A DNA stretch of 55,163 bases from a bacterium (lineage in GTDB: Bacteria; UBP7; UBA6624): the NCBI GenBank assembly GCA_014384545.1, contig JACNFQ010000053.1:1-55163 (forward strand), written 5' to 3'. A model generated the notes under the pieces. It ran no database searches and was not told the DNA's origin. It saw only the letters and a program-made list of their open reading frames with translations. This document shows, one piece after another, positions 9,300 through 17,944 of the stretch (the stretch's first letter is position 1; every line of letters begins with the position of its first letter). Made by a program: the position numbers and the translations under genes.

Positions 9300-9998
9300 A
9301 TGATAAAACCTCGCGTTGCCACCCTTGGCTTCTCTATTCGACAGATACGGAGGTTGCGCACATTGCTGGTGGGGGCAGAGATTCTGACTGCCAGTCCGGG
9401 GCTGTGGGAACCCACGCCCCAGATTCTTCAACTCAAGCCAGACCTTGTCCTTATCTCCTGCGAAGGGGAATCTGAGGTTCGTGTTTGTGAGGCTTGTAAG
9501 GATATCAAACAGTCTGGTATCCCTGTTCTTATTGTCCAATCCGATACACTTCTAGAAAAGAGGCTAAAAACCCTCAGTCTCTCATCCGCCTCCATGGACA
9601 TAACCCACACCGAAGAGATGTTGAAGGCGTGGGTTGCCCTGCGCAGACGAATGCCCGCTAAACTGGGCAATGTCACAATCGACCCTGATGGAAGACGGTT
9701 ATGTGGACCCGAAGGGGATATAAGCTTGACGCCCACCGAGTTCCAAGTCTTAGACATGATTGTCGCCGCGGAAGGGCATTTGGTAGATAGACAACAGATT
9801 CTTGAAGGTGTATGGGGCATCCAAAGTGAGGGCTCTACGGGGCATGTGAAACATGTGGTGTGGATGTTACGAAACCGCCTCCTTTCAGCAGGGGGGACTG
9901 GGAAAGAGCTTCAGACAGTTCGTGGACATGGTTACCGTGTTGCCGAAGCGTTTCTTCCCCAAACAACGAGCCTTCAGCCCTCTGCCTCTTCGTCATAG
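9300..9998 (+). CDS. OmpR/PhoB winged-helix regulator with a degenerate receiver domain
   Basis: C-terminal LTPTEFQVL...RQQILEGVWG...HVVWMLRNRL...LQTVRGHGY. Receiver reads PDLVLIS rather than PDLVLLD. Confidence 0.85.
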   Translation: MIKPRVATLGFSIRQIRRLRTLLVGAEILTASPGLWEPTPQILQLKPDLVLISCEGESEVRVCEACKDIKQSGIPVLIVQSDTLLEKRLKTLSLSSASMDITHTEEMLKAWVALRRRMPAKLGNVTIDPDGRRLCGPEGDISLTPTEFQVLDMIVAAEGHLVDRQQILEGVWGIQSEGSTGHVKHVVWMLRNRLLSAGGTGKELQTVRGHGYRVAEAFLPQTTSLQPSASSS

Positions 9999-10075
9999 GT
10001 CTCAAAGAGGTCTAGAAATAGCTTTTCTGATCATAAGGACAGAGGAATCCGATAGATTACACCTATGAAGGAAGA

Positions 10076-11167
10076 ATGATTGAATTGAAAAACCACACTT
10101 TGCCCGAGGGGGCTTTTGAAGGTGTCCGTTACGAACTTAGATCCGTATTGGATCAAGCAGGAAACCGGGTCCCTCACCTCCATAACGCTTGGATCGTTCT
10201 GGACAATCCTGACCAGTACAACAGTTACACCACAGAAATGGTCAAAGAGGTCATCCTTTCATTCCGCCGGGCTTCGTCCGACAGGAGCGTTGTCGCCGTC
10301 GTCTTTACAGGGGTGGGGCACCAGGCCTTCTGTACGGGTGGAAACACCAAAGAGTATGCCGAGTATTACGCCGGAAACCCCCAAGAATACCGCCAATATA
10401 TGCGCCTTTTCAACGATATGGTTTCGGCGATTCTTGGGTGCGACAAGCCCGTCATATGTCGGGTAAATGGAATGCGTATTGGGGGTGGGCAAGAGATTGG
10501 GATGGCTTGTGATTTTTCGGTCGCCCACGATCTAGCTCGGTTTGGTCAGGCAGGTCCGAAACATGGCTCGGCTGCCATCGGGGGTGCTACCGACTTCTTG
10601 CCCCTCTTGATTGGTGTAGAGCGCGCCTTAGAAAGTGGCACCCTTTGTGAAGTTTGGTCTGCCCACAAAGCCCATCGGCTGGGGATGCTAACCGAGATCG
10701 TTCCCGCCTTGAAAGTTAATGGCGACTTTGTTCCTAACCCTCTCGTTGAGACGGCTCAATACTTGGACGCCTTCGGTCGAATCATCCATGGCGAATCGAA
10801 GACGGGCGATGCTCTTCGCGAAGGAAAGGGTGTGCTTAAACAGGGGGAAGTTTCGCTTGAATTATTGGACGAAGCCGTCGACCGCCTATCTACAAAGTTT
10901 CTTATGACCTTCCCCGACTGCCTCACAAAATCGCTTGAAGAGTTGCGTAAGCCAAAGCTTGAATCGTGGAATAGAAACAAAGAGAGTTCTCGCGCTTGGT
11001 TGGCCTTGAACATGATGACAGAAGCGCGTGCGGGTTTTATCGCTTTCAATGAGGGCACACGGGAAACAGGAAGAGAAGTGGACTTTATTCTCCTACGCCA
11101 ACGGCTAGCAGAAGGCGCACCCTGGACCGAAGAGTTGCGGCAGGAGATTTCCCCCCAAGAGGGCTAA
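10076..11167 (+). CDS. oah: 6-oxocyclohex-1-ene-1-carbonyl-CoA hydrolase (Oah/BamA)
   Basis: LDNPDQYNSYTTEMVK, FCTGGNTKEYAEYY, GMRIGGGQEIGMACD and QAGPKHGSA; WNRNKESSRAWLALNM. Confidence 0.95.
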   Translation: MIELKNHTLPEGAFEGVRYELRSVLDQAGNRVPHLHNAWIVLDNPDQYNSYTTEMVKEVILSFRRASSDRSVVAVVFTGVGHQAFCTGGNTKEYAEYYAGNPQEYRQYMRLFNDMVSAILGCDKPVICRVNGMRIGGGQEIGMACDFSVAHDLARFGQAGPKHGSAAIGGATDFLPLLIGVERALESGTLCEVWSAHKAHRLGMLTEIVPALKVNGDFVPNPLVETAQYLDAFGRIIHGESKTGDALREGKGVLKQGEVSLELLDEAVDRLSTKFLMTFPDCLTKSLEELRKPKLESWNRNKESSRAWLALNMMTEARAGFIAFNEGTRETGREVDFILLRQRLAEGAPWTEELRQEISPQEG

Positions 11168-11874
11168 TGGCTTTATTAGGCGAGGCACCAGTCGCCCTTG
11201 TGGTGGGGGGGAAGGGGGGGATTGGTTCGGCGATCGTAAAAGAGCTTTCTAGCAAGGGATGGGATGTGCTAACGATGGACATCCACCCCGAAGGGGATGA
11301 TTTGGAGATTAGGGTAGATTTGTCAGACGAAGCTGCCGTGGTGGATAGTTTTAACAGGTTTAGAATGAGGCGCGAGCGTCTGGATGGCTTGGTCTTTGCT
11401 GCTGGTATCTGGAGAGACCGTATTTCGTGGAAGCTAACTGCAGAGGATTGGGACACCGTTCAATCTGTCAACCTAAGAGGAGCCTTTCTGGCAACGAAAG
11501 AAGCGACCCCTCTCCTCAGAAAGAGTCCCCGGGGTCGCCTTCTCTTTGTGGGCTCTATCAATGGAGCAAGAGGTAAAGTGGGCCAAGCCGCTTACTGTGC
11601 CTCTAAGGCGGGATTAGAGGGATTGATGAAGACACTCGCTAGAGAACTGGGCAGGGATGGAATCACATCTAACCTTTTAGCTCCCGGCTTGATTGCGACC
11701 CCTCCTACCCTCTCTCTCCCTAGCGAAGTCTGGGAGAATGCAGAGAAAGAGCGTCTCCTTCCCCAAGCAGGCACCCCCGAAGATGTGGCAGCGATGGCGG
11801 GATTCCTCCTTTCCAAGGAAGGGGGGTTCATCACAGGTCAAGTCATTAATGTGGACGGGGGACAAGGGTTATGA
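11167..11874 (+). CDS. Short-chain dehydrogenase (FabG-like), probably in the benzoyl-CoA lower pathway
   Basis: GGKGGIG, YCASK and ITGQVINVDGG; coupled to oah. Confidence 0.88.
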   Translation: MALLGEAPVALVVGGKGGIGSAIVKELSSKGWDVLTMDIHPEGDDLEIRVDLSDEAAVVDSFNRFRMRRERLDGLVFAAGIWRDRISWKLTAEDWDTVQSVNLRGAFLATKEATPLLRKSPRGRLLFVGSINGARGKVGQAAYCASKAGLEGLMKTLARELGRDGITSNLLAPGLIATPPTLSLPSEVWENAEKERLLPQAGTPEDVAAMAGFLLSKEGGFITGQVINVDGGQGL

Positions 11875-12896
11875 CGATGCGAGCTGCTCTTTATCGGGGA
11901 GTGCCCCGAATGGAAGTAGAGGATTTGCCCGTGCCTTCCCCGAGTGCGGGAGAAGTTCTGGTCAAGGTTGCGGGTTGCGGAATCTGTCATACTGATCTTC
12001 ATTACCTTGATCATGGTGTCCCCACCTTCAAAAAACCTCCTTTGGTGTTGGGTCATGAGATTTCGGGGACGGTTGAATCCTGGGGAGAGGAGGTCTCGGA
12101 TTGGGAAGAAGGGGACAGGGTCCTATTACCAGCGGTCACATCTTGTGGGACTTGTTCCTATTGTGCATCGGGAAGAAGCAACATTTGTGCCCGTATGAAG
12201 ATGTTTGGGAATGATGTAGATGGTGGGTATGCCGAGTATGTCGTTGCCCCTGCCCGTGAAATCTATCCTCTACCCGACTCAATACCCTTGATAGAAGGCT
12301 CTGTAATTGCCGATGCCGTCAGTACACCGTGGCATGCAGTGAACAATCGAGCCAAGATCCAAAAAGGAGAAGAGGTCGTCGTTTATGGCGTAGGTGGTGT
12401 GGGTATCAATGTCGTCCAATGTGCTGTTGCCGCAGGGGCGCGTGTCACTGCCGTTGATATTGACGCCAGCAAGCTAGAGAAGGCGAAGGAACTGGGGGCG
12501 ACAGAGACAATCTGTGCCCCACAGGGCGAAAGTGCTCATAAAGAAGTCAAGAGGATTACGGGGGGGGGAGCCCATTGTGCGATTGAGGCGATTGGACGAG
12601 CAGATACGATTCAGTCCGCTTTTTCCTCTGTTAGGAGGGGAGGAAGATTGGTTGTTTTGGGATATACCCACGAGAAAGTCCCCCTCCCTATGGGCAAGCT
12701 CATGTATCACGAAATGTCTGTGGTGGGCACTTTGGGATGTGGTGGAGGCGACTACCCAGAGATTATTCGGGCGGTCGCCGAAGGAGAACTCGCTTTGGGA
12801 CCGATAGTCTCTGGGCAAATACCTTTGGAAAAAATCAATGAGGGCTTTGACCTGCTCCGAGCGGGAGAGGGGCTTCGATGGGTGGTAATACCATGA
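11871..12896 (+). CDS. had: Zn-dependent dehydrogenase, probable 6-hydroxycyclohex-1-ene-1-carbonyl-CoA dehydrogenase
   Basis: GICHTDLHY, LGHEISG, CGTCSYC...C, ADAVSTP and GVGGVG; lies between oah and a hydratase. Confidence 0.8.
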   Translation: MTMRAALYRGVPRMEVEDLPVPSPSAGEVLVKVAGCGICHTDLHYLDHGVPTFKKPPLVLGHEISGTVESWGEEVSDWEEGDRVLLPAVTSCGTCSYCASGRSNICARMKMFGNDVDGGYAEYVVAPAREIYPLPDSIPLIEGSVIADAVSTPWHAVNNRAKIQKGEEVVVYGVGGVGINVVQCAVAAGARVTAVDIDASKLEKAKELGATETICAPQGESAHKEVKRITGGGAHCAIEAIGRADTIQSAFSSVRRGGRLVVLGYTHEKVPLPMGKLMYHEMSVVGTLGCGGGDYPEIIRAVAEGELALGPIVSGQIPLEKINEGFDLLRAGEGLRWVVIP

Positions 12897-13666
12897 CTGT
12901 AACGACAACTTGGAATCCTGAGGGGGTAGCGTGGCTTTCGCTAGATAGCCCCCCGGGGAATATTCTGGACTTAGAGATGATGGGGGATCTCTCTAATGCG
13001 ATGACCGAACTAGAAGAAGGTAAGCACCGACCTTATGCGGTCATTCTTCGGGGGGCTGGAGGGAACTTCTGCTACGGGGCAAGTGTAGAGGAGCATCTTC
13101 CTGACAAAGTGGAAGAGATGCTATTCCACTTTACTGAACTCTTGCGCCAAATGGTCGCTTTCCCTGCTGTCACCATCGCTGCTGTCTCTGGAAAAGCGTT
13201 GGGAGGTGGTTATGAACTCGCTTTGGGATGCGATAGGCTCATCCTTGACACGAATGCGGTTGTAGGACTTCCGGAGATTCGCTTGTGCGTTTTTCCTCCT
13301 GCTGGACTTGCCCTCCTTCCCCTAAGAGCGGGAGACGGAACCGTTGCGGATGCCGTTCTTGCGGGGCGTCTCATTGGTGCTGAAGAAGCTGTCCAAAAAC
13401 GGTTAGCTGATGTCTTGACAACTGATGTAGAAAAGGAGATTCTCCAATGGCTGGAGGGGGGGGTCTTGCATCATTCCCGTGCGAGTCTTCGTGTCGCGAT
13501 AGACAGAATGAGACGGCGGCGGCGTGATGTGCTGGAATCAGAACTCCCTAAACTCCACCGCATGTATCTCCACGAACTGACACAATTCCACGATGGAGAA
13601 GAGGGGATAAGGGCTTTCTGCGAGAAGAGAAAACCCGAGTGGGATCACATCGACTTCGTTAAGTAG
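12893..13666 (+). CDS. dch: Crotonase-family protein, probable cyclohexa-1,5-diene-1-carbonyl-CoA hydratase
   Basis: PPGNILD, FCYGASVEEHLP, LGGGYEL, PEIRLCVFPP and YLHEL...DGEEGIRAFCEKR; operon context. Confidence 0.85.
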   Translation: MTVTTTWNPEGVAWLSLDSPPGNILDLEMMGDLSNAMTELEEGKHRPYAVILRGAGGNFCYGASVEEHLPDKVEEMLFHFTELLRQMVAFPAVTIAAVSGKALGGGYELALGCDRLILDTNAVVGLPEIRLCVFPPAGLALLPLRAGDGTVADAVLAGRLIGAEEAVQKRLADVLTTDVEKEILQWLEGGVLHHSRASLRVAIDRMRRRRRDVLESELPKLHRMYLHELTQFHDGEEGIRAFCEKRKPEWDHIDFVK

Positions 13667-13668
13667 CG

Positions 13669-15699
13669 CTAGAAACCGAAAGCAGAACCGATACGGTACG
13701 CTAAGAATGCTGCACCTATGGCTAGACTTAAGGGCAGTGCCTGAGAGAGAAGGGTAAGCCCCCAAGACTTCGTTTCTTTATGGATAACGACTGTCGTATA
13801 TCCACATGGTAGATAGAGCATATAGAAAAGAAGATAACAGAATGCAGAAAGATCGCTCCAGTGTGCCTTCAAGAAGGCACCAAGCCCCCCCGCTTCCAGA
13901 GAAAACCCAGCTGCCAAATCCGTAGCCTGCCCATATGTCATCGCCAATGAAGCAGCCATCAGTTCCTTGGCGGGAATCGTATAGATGAGCGAACTTAACA
14001 TCGCCCCATCTAACCCAAAAGGGACGCCATATGGGTCTAAAGCGCCTACAAGCCTGCCTGTATATGTTTCGGTGAAAGGCACACCAGCGGGTAGGTTTGA
14101 CATGAACCAAAAGACCAAGCAAAAGGGCGCTGCAACAGCAGCAGCACGCCAAAGTACCCCCCACACTTTAGTCTTGAGTGCCCGGCCAATCACGCGCCCC
14201 CAATCGGGCTTTCTATAGGGGGGAAGTTCGATCAAGAAAGGTACTTTTCCTTCCCCTTTTAGCACGCCATTCAAGAACCAAGTAGCAAGAAAGACCATCA
14301 GCCACGAGATAGCTACGAGAGCCGCCATCATCATCCAAGCATGGCGACCAAAGAAGAGAGCCGAGAGGAATACCATACCACCCAATCGCCCATTGCACGG
14401 GTTTATGGCGTTGGTAAGTATCGCTACTGTGCGATCCCTTCCCCGCATTATTCTGGCGGAATAGATACCCGGAATATTGCACCCATACGCCATCATGCAT
14501 GTGAGACATTGCTTCCCTTGACCTCCTACAGATTTCATCACCTTATCCATCGTGAAAGCGATACGAGGGATCAAACCGGAATCTTCTAGGACGGCAAAGA
14601 GGACAAAGAAAATAGCCATCGTCGGTAACATGACGGCTATAACCGCCCCCACCCCATAAATAAGACCCTCTACGATCGGTCCCCTTACCCAAAAGGAGGT
14701 GTCGGAAAGGAGTGTTCTTGCACCCTCTGCTAGAGAATCAAAGAGGGACATCAGGAATCCACTAATGGGTGCTGCACCTGTGACTGTAACCCAAAAAATA
14801 AAAGCGAACACTGCCAAGACGATTGGGAATGCCAATAATGGATGTAGGACGAGGCGGTCGATCTTCTCCGTCTTTAGGTCTCTGCCCGTTCCTCCTGCCA
14901 TACGTTCCCAATAGCGCGCCCGTTCAATCTTGGCCAAAACGAGGCGGTTTTGCACATCGCCCAAACTAAGGGCAAGTTGCTTCCCCTTGACAATCGCTCT
15001 TTTCCCTCCTTGCTCCTCAATCCAAGATTGAGTTCCCTTATCCCCCTCCAATAGTCGCAATGCCAGCCAACGGGTAGACCTCCTCCCCACACCTTCCTCA
15101 TCTAAGACGCGTTCTAGCTCCAGAACAGCGACTTCTACCTCGGCTTCGTAGGGGGCAATCTGCGGGTTGGCAGGTGTGGCTATACGAGATGCTATCGCGC
15201 TCTTTAGCTCATCTAGACCCTCTCCTTTGGGGGCAACGACCCCCACCACGGGGAGCGCCAGCTCACGAGCCAAAACCTCTAGATTGGGGGGTATCCCTTG
15301 ACGACGAGCTTCGTCCATCATCGTGACAGCCAATAGGACGTTAGGGGTAATCTCTCTGACTTCTAACAGAAGACGCAACCCTCGCCGAAGGCGTGTCGCT
15401 TCGGCGACAACGATAACCACACTGGGTCTCTCATCCAATAGGTACGACCAAGCGATCTCTTCCTCAACCGAGCCACCTGTTAGTGCATAAGTTCCTGGAA
15501 GATCCACAACCGACATCTCTCCTTTGGGCAGCTGCACCCTGCCTTCGGCGCGGTCCACTGTCTTTCCGGGCCAGTTTCCCACATGGTGAGAGAGCCCTGT
15601 TAGAGCATTGAAAAGGGTCGTTTTGCCCGTATTCGGTTGCCCCACCAAAGCTAAGGGGCGCACTTTTTGAGACCCTTGAACGGTTGTAAGTCCCTTCAC
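13669..15699 (-). CDS. feoB: Ferrous iron transporter FeoB
   Basis: GQPNTGKT, VGNWPGKTV and DLPGTY; LEDSGLIPRIAF, GCNIP and IELPPYR. Confidence 0.95.
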   Translation of the reverse strand: MKGLTTVQGSQKVRPLALVGQPNTGKTTLFNALTGLSHHVGNWPGKTVDRAEGRVQLPKGEMSVVDLPGTYALTGGSVEEEIAWSYLLDERPSVVIVVAEATRLRRGLRLLLEVREITPNVLLAVTMMDEARRQGIPPNLEVLARELALPVVGVVAPKGEGLDELKSAIASRIATPANPQIAPYEAEVEVAVLELERVLDEEGVGRRSTRWLALRLLEGDKGTQSWIEEQGGKRAIVKGKQLALSLGDVQNRLVLAKIERARYWERMAGGTGRDLKTEKIDRLVLHPLLAFPIVLAVFAFIFWVTVTGAAPISGFLMSLFDSLAEGARTLLSDTSFWVRGPIVEGLIYGVGAVIAVMLPTMAIFFVLFAVLEDSGLIPRIAFTMDKVMKSVGGQGKQCLTCMMAYGCNIPGIYSARIMRGRDRTVAILTNAINPCNGRLGGMVFLSALFFGRHAWMMMAALVAISWLMVFLATWFLNGVLKGEGKVPFLIELPPYRKPDWGRVIGRALKTKVWGVLWRAAAVAAPFCLVFWFMSNLPAGVPFTETYTGRLVGALDPYGVPFGLDGAMLSSLIYTIPAKELMAASLAMTYGQATDLAAGFSLEAGGLGAFLKAHWSDLSAFCYLLFYMLYLPCGYTTVVIHKETKSWGLTLLSQALPLSLAIGAAFLAYRIGSAFGF

Positions 15700-16619
15700 T
15701 TCGGTGCCAATGCAATCGCTTTCGCTTCTGATGCTCTTAAGGAGAGGCGCGTACCCCCCACTTCAAAGACCAAAGGATCCCCCATCGGTGCTTTGCGAAG
15801 AAACCGAATAGGCTCGCCCTGAATCGCACCCATGTCCGAAAGGCGCCTTACAAGCTCTGGATCCCCACTGACCCTTCCCAACACACCCTCTTCTCCAGGA
15901 GAGAGATGTAATAGTGTTCTTAGTTGGGCTGTCTCTACCCCCACCTTTGAGGCAGCTTCCACAGATAAGGTGTTTAAACCAGGAGCGCCCTCCACTCTAA
16001 GACCATATCCAGAACCATAAGGGTCAAGTGTTTCCACCTGAAACTTCGCGCCGGGAACCAAGCCGATCTCCTTCAAATGCCTAAGAAGACCACCGTCAAA
16101 GCCAGCCACTCGCCTTACGACACCTTTGTCACCTAGTGACAGAGAGCTTAGGGGAACCAAACTCTCGACCTCTATTTCTAACTCGGGTGTCGGAATAGGG
16201 CTTCCATGGGGGTCGTGTGTGGGATGGCCTAAATGGGCATCAATAGCGGCTTCCAATTCCTCACTGATGTGATGCTCTAGCCTCTCTGCTTCAGGGTGGG
16301 CTTCTTCCCATGAATAACCCAAAGCCTCGGTTAGGAAGAGCTCTAACAGACGATGATGGCGCAACATCTCTTTGGCTATGCGTAACCCGGGCTCTGTAAG
16401 TTGGGGCTTCCCCCGCTTCACTCTGACCAAAAGGCCCATCTCACTTAACTTGCCTACGCCTTGTGAAACCGCCGATGGGGTGATTCCTAGACGAACCCCC
16501 AATGCTGTCGTTCCCCCCTCATCGCCTGACATCTCCATTCTTAGGAGAGCTTTGAGTAAGTCCTCCATCGCTTCAGAGAGCCCCTCTCTTGATGCAGTCT
16601 TCTTGTTCTTAGGGGTCAT
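15696..16619 (-). CDS. DtxR/MntR-family metal-dependent repressor fused to two FeoA-like domains
   Basis: RHHRLLELFL, EAERLEHHIS and DPHGSPIP, followed by LKEIGLVPGA and RRLSDMG...APMGDPL...LSLR. Confidence 0.9.
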   Translation of the reverse strand: MTPKNKKTASREGLSEAMEDLLKALLRMEMSGDEGGTTALGVRLGITPSAVSQGVGKLSEMGLLVRVKRGKPQLTEPGLRIAKEMLRHHRLLELFLTEALGYSWEEAHPEAERLEHHISEELEAAIDAHLGHPTHDPHGSPIPTPELEIEVESLVPLSSLSLGDKGVVRRVAGFDGGLLRHLKEIGLVPGAKFQVETLDPYGSGYGLRVEGAPGLNTLSVEAASKVGVETAQLRTLLHLSPGEEGVLGRVSGDPELVRRLSDMGAIQGEPIRFLRKAPMGDPLVFEVGGTRLSLRASEAKAIALAPK

Positions 16620-16627
16620 ATCCCCCT

Positions 16628-16643
16628 ATTTTAGCACACTAAA
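16628..16643 (-). promoter_or_regulatory. Probable DtxR-family operator overlapping the -10 element
   Basis: Palindrome TTTAG-CACA-CTAAA (16630-16643) overlaps minus-strand TAAAAT (16628-16633) directly upstream of the repressor gene. Confidence 0.65.
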
Positions 16644-17846
16644 CTATAGAGTTGCAGTTGCTACAAACCGAAGCGTGAGTTGGACCTCTTCGTCCACGCC
16701 AGCCAAGATGGGGATGTTGGGAATCCGAAGGGCATAGTCTCTCCAAAGAACCGTCGTTTCGGCTATCCCATTGATGACTTGGGGGCTTCCCCAGATTGCT
16801 CTTACAAAGAAAATCTCGGGTCTTGAGATGCTCCCTATCCAGAGATCACCGGTGATCGTAAATGTGATTTCCTCACCCACCACGAACTGCACTGGCAATC
16901 CACCGATGTGGGTAGGTGTGAAACGAATCGTTGGGTATTGGTCTGTGTGAAGAATGCGCTCTTGAATCGCCTTGTTTCTCTTGTCCGCATCGGTAAGAAA
17001 AGCTCTTGCATCGATCTCTATTGCTGAAATGGTCGTTTTCTTAGGATGGGCAAAATCGACGGTGATCGTCCCCATGACTTCATCATTTGTCCCTACAACT
17101 ACCTTTCGTTGTCCTCGAAGGATTTCTTCTAGGGAAAAGACCGCTTCTGTGCCCCCAGCCAAAGTAAACTCAACTTGTCCACATCCCTCCCCCTGTGTCG
17201 AAAGATCCATCACGGCACCATAGGTATCTTCAACCTCTAGACCTTGAGCAAGTGCTAACTCTCTTTCTATGATTTCTGTCATCTCTTCTTCGTTCCTATA
17301 ACCAACAAACCTCTTTCCGTTGATAAAGAAATGGGGTGTTCCCGTTGCAGAGAGACATCTTCCCAATGACTCGTCCACCGCAGAATGCCCCTTTACTTTC
17401 TCCCCCTCCAAAGCCCGAGAGAAGGCGTTCACATCAAGGAGCAACTCGCCCGCCAAAGCGAGATAAGCCTCTCTGCCCCTAATCCCCTTGTCCTCAAAGA
17501 GGCGGTCATGGTAGGTCCAAAATGCACCTTGCTCACCTGCAGCCATTGCAGCCCAAAATGCTTCTCTAGAATCGGACTTCCCTCTGGGATTGCTCTTGAA
17601 AACCCATCTCACTTGATCCGGGTAGTTCTCAAGGATCGCTTGAATCACGGGGTGGGCACGGGCACACCACCCACAATTGAAATCACTAAACTCAACGATC
17701 GTCACCAAGGCGTTATTGCCCCCCAACACAGGGGATGCCCCTGTCGGAACCGCATACCGCTCAGCCCAATTCCACTCTGGAACCTCTCCTCCATACATGG
17801 GCGTACAAACCCCACAGAATAGAGCGACAAGTATCCCTTTTTTCAT
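16644..17846 (-). CDS. Exported DsbA-like thioredoxin domain fused to a YceI domain
   Basis: Signal peptide; IVEFSDFNCGWC and GTPHFFING; then IEIDARAFLTDADKRN...ILHTDQYPTIRF...ITGDL (YceI pattern). Confidence 0.8.
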   Translation of the reverse strand: MKKGILVALFCGVCTPMYGGEVPEWNWAERYAVPTGASPVLGGNNALVTIVEFSDFNCGWCARAHPVIQAILENYPDQVRWVFKSNPRGKSDSREAFWAAMAAGEQGAFWTYHDRLFEDKGIRGREAYLALAGELLLDVNAFSRALEGEKVKGHSAVDESLGRCLSATGTPHFFINGKRFVGYRNEEEMTEIIERELALAQGLEVEDTYGAVMDLSTQGEGCGQVEFTLAGGTEAVFSLEEILRGQRKVVVGTNDEVMGTITVDFAHPKKTTISAIEIDARAFLTDADKRNKAIQERILHTDQYPTIRFTPTHIGGLPVQFVVGEEITFTITGDLWIGSISRPEIFFVRAIWGSPQVINGIAETTVLWRDYALRIPNIPILAGVDEEVQLTLRFVATATL

Positions 17847-17944
17847 AGGGTCAGTCTATGACAATTTGCATCCTTCTTTGGGTGGGTAGACCTTAGTATG
17901 AAGAGATTGAAGCGACAATCCTCCCTTTCCTCTACTGAATACTG

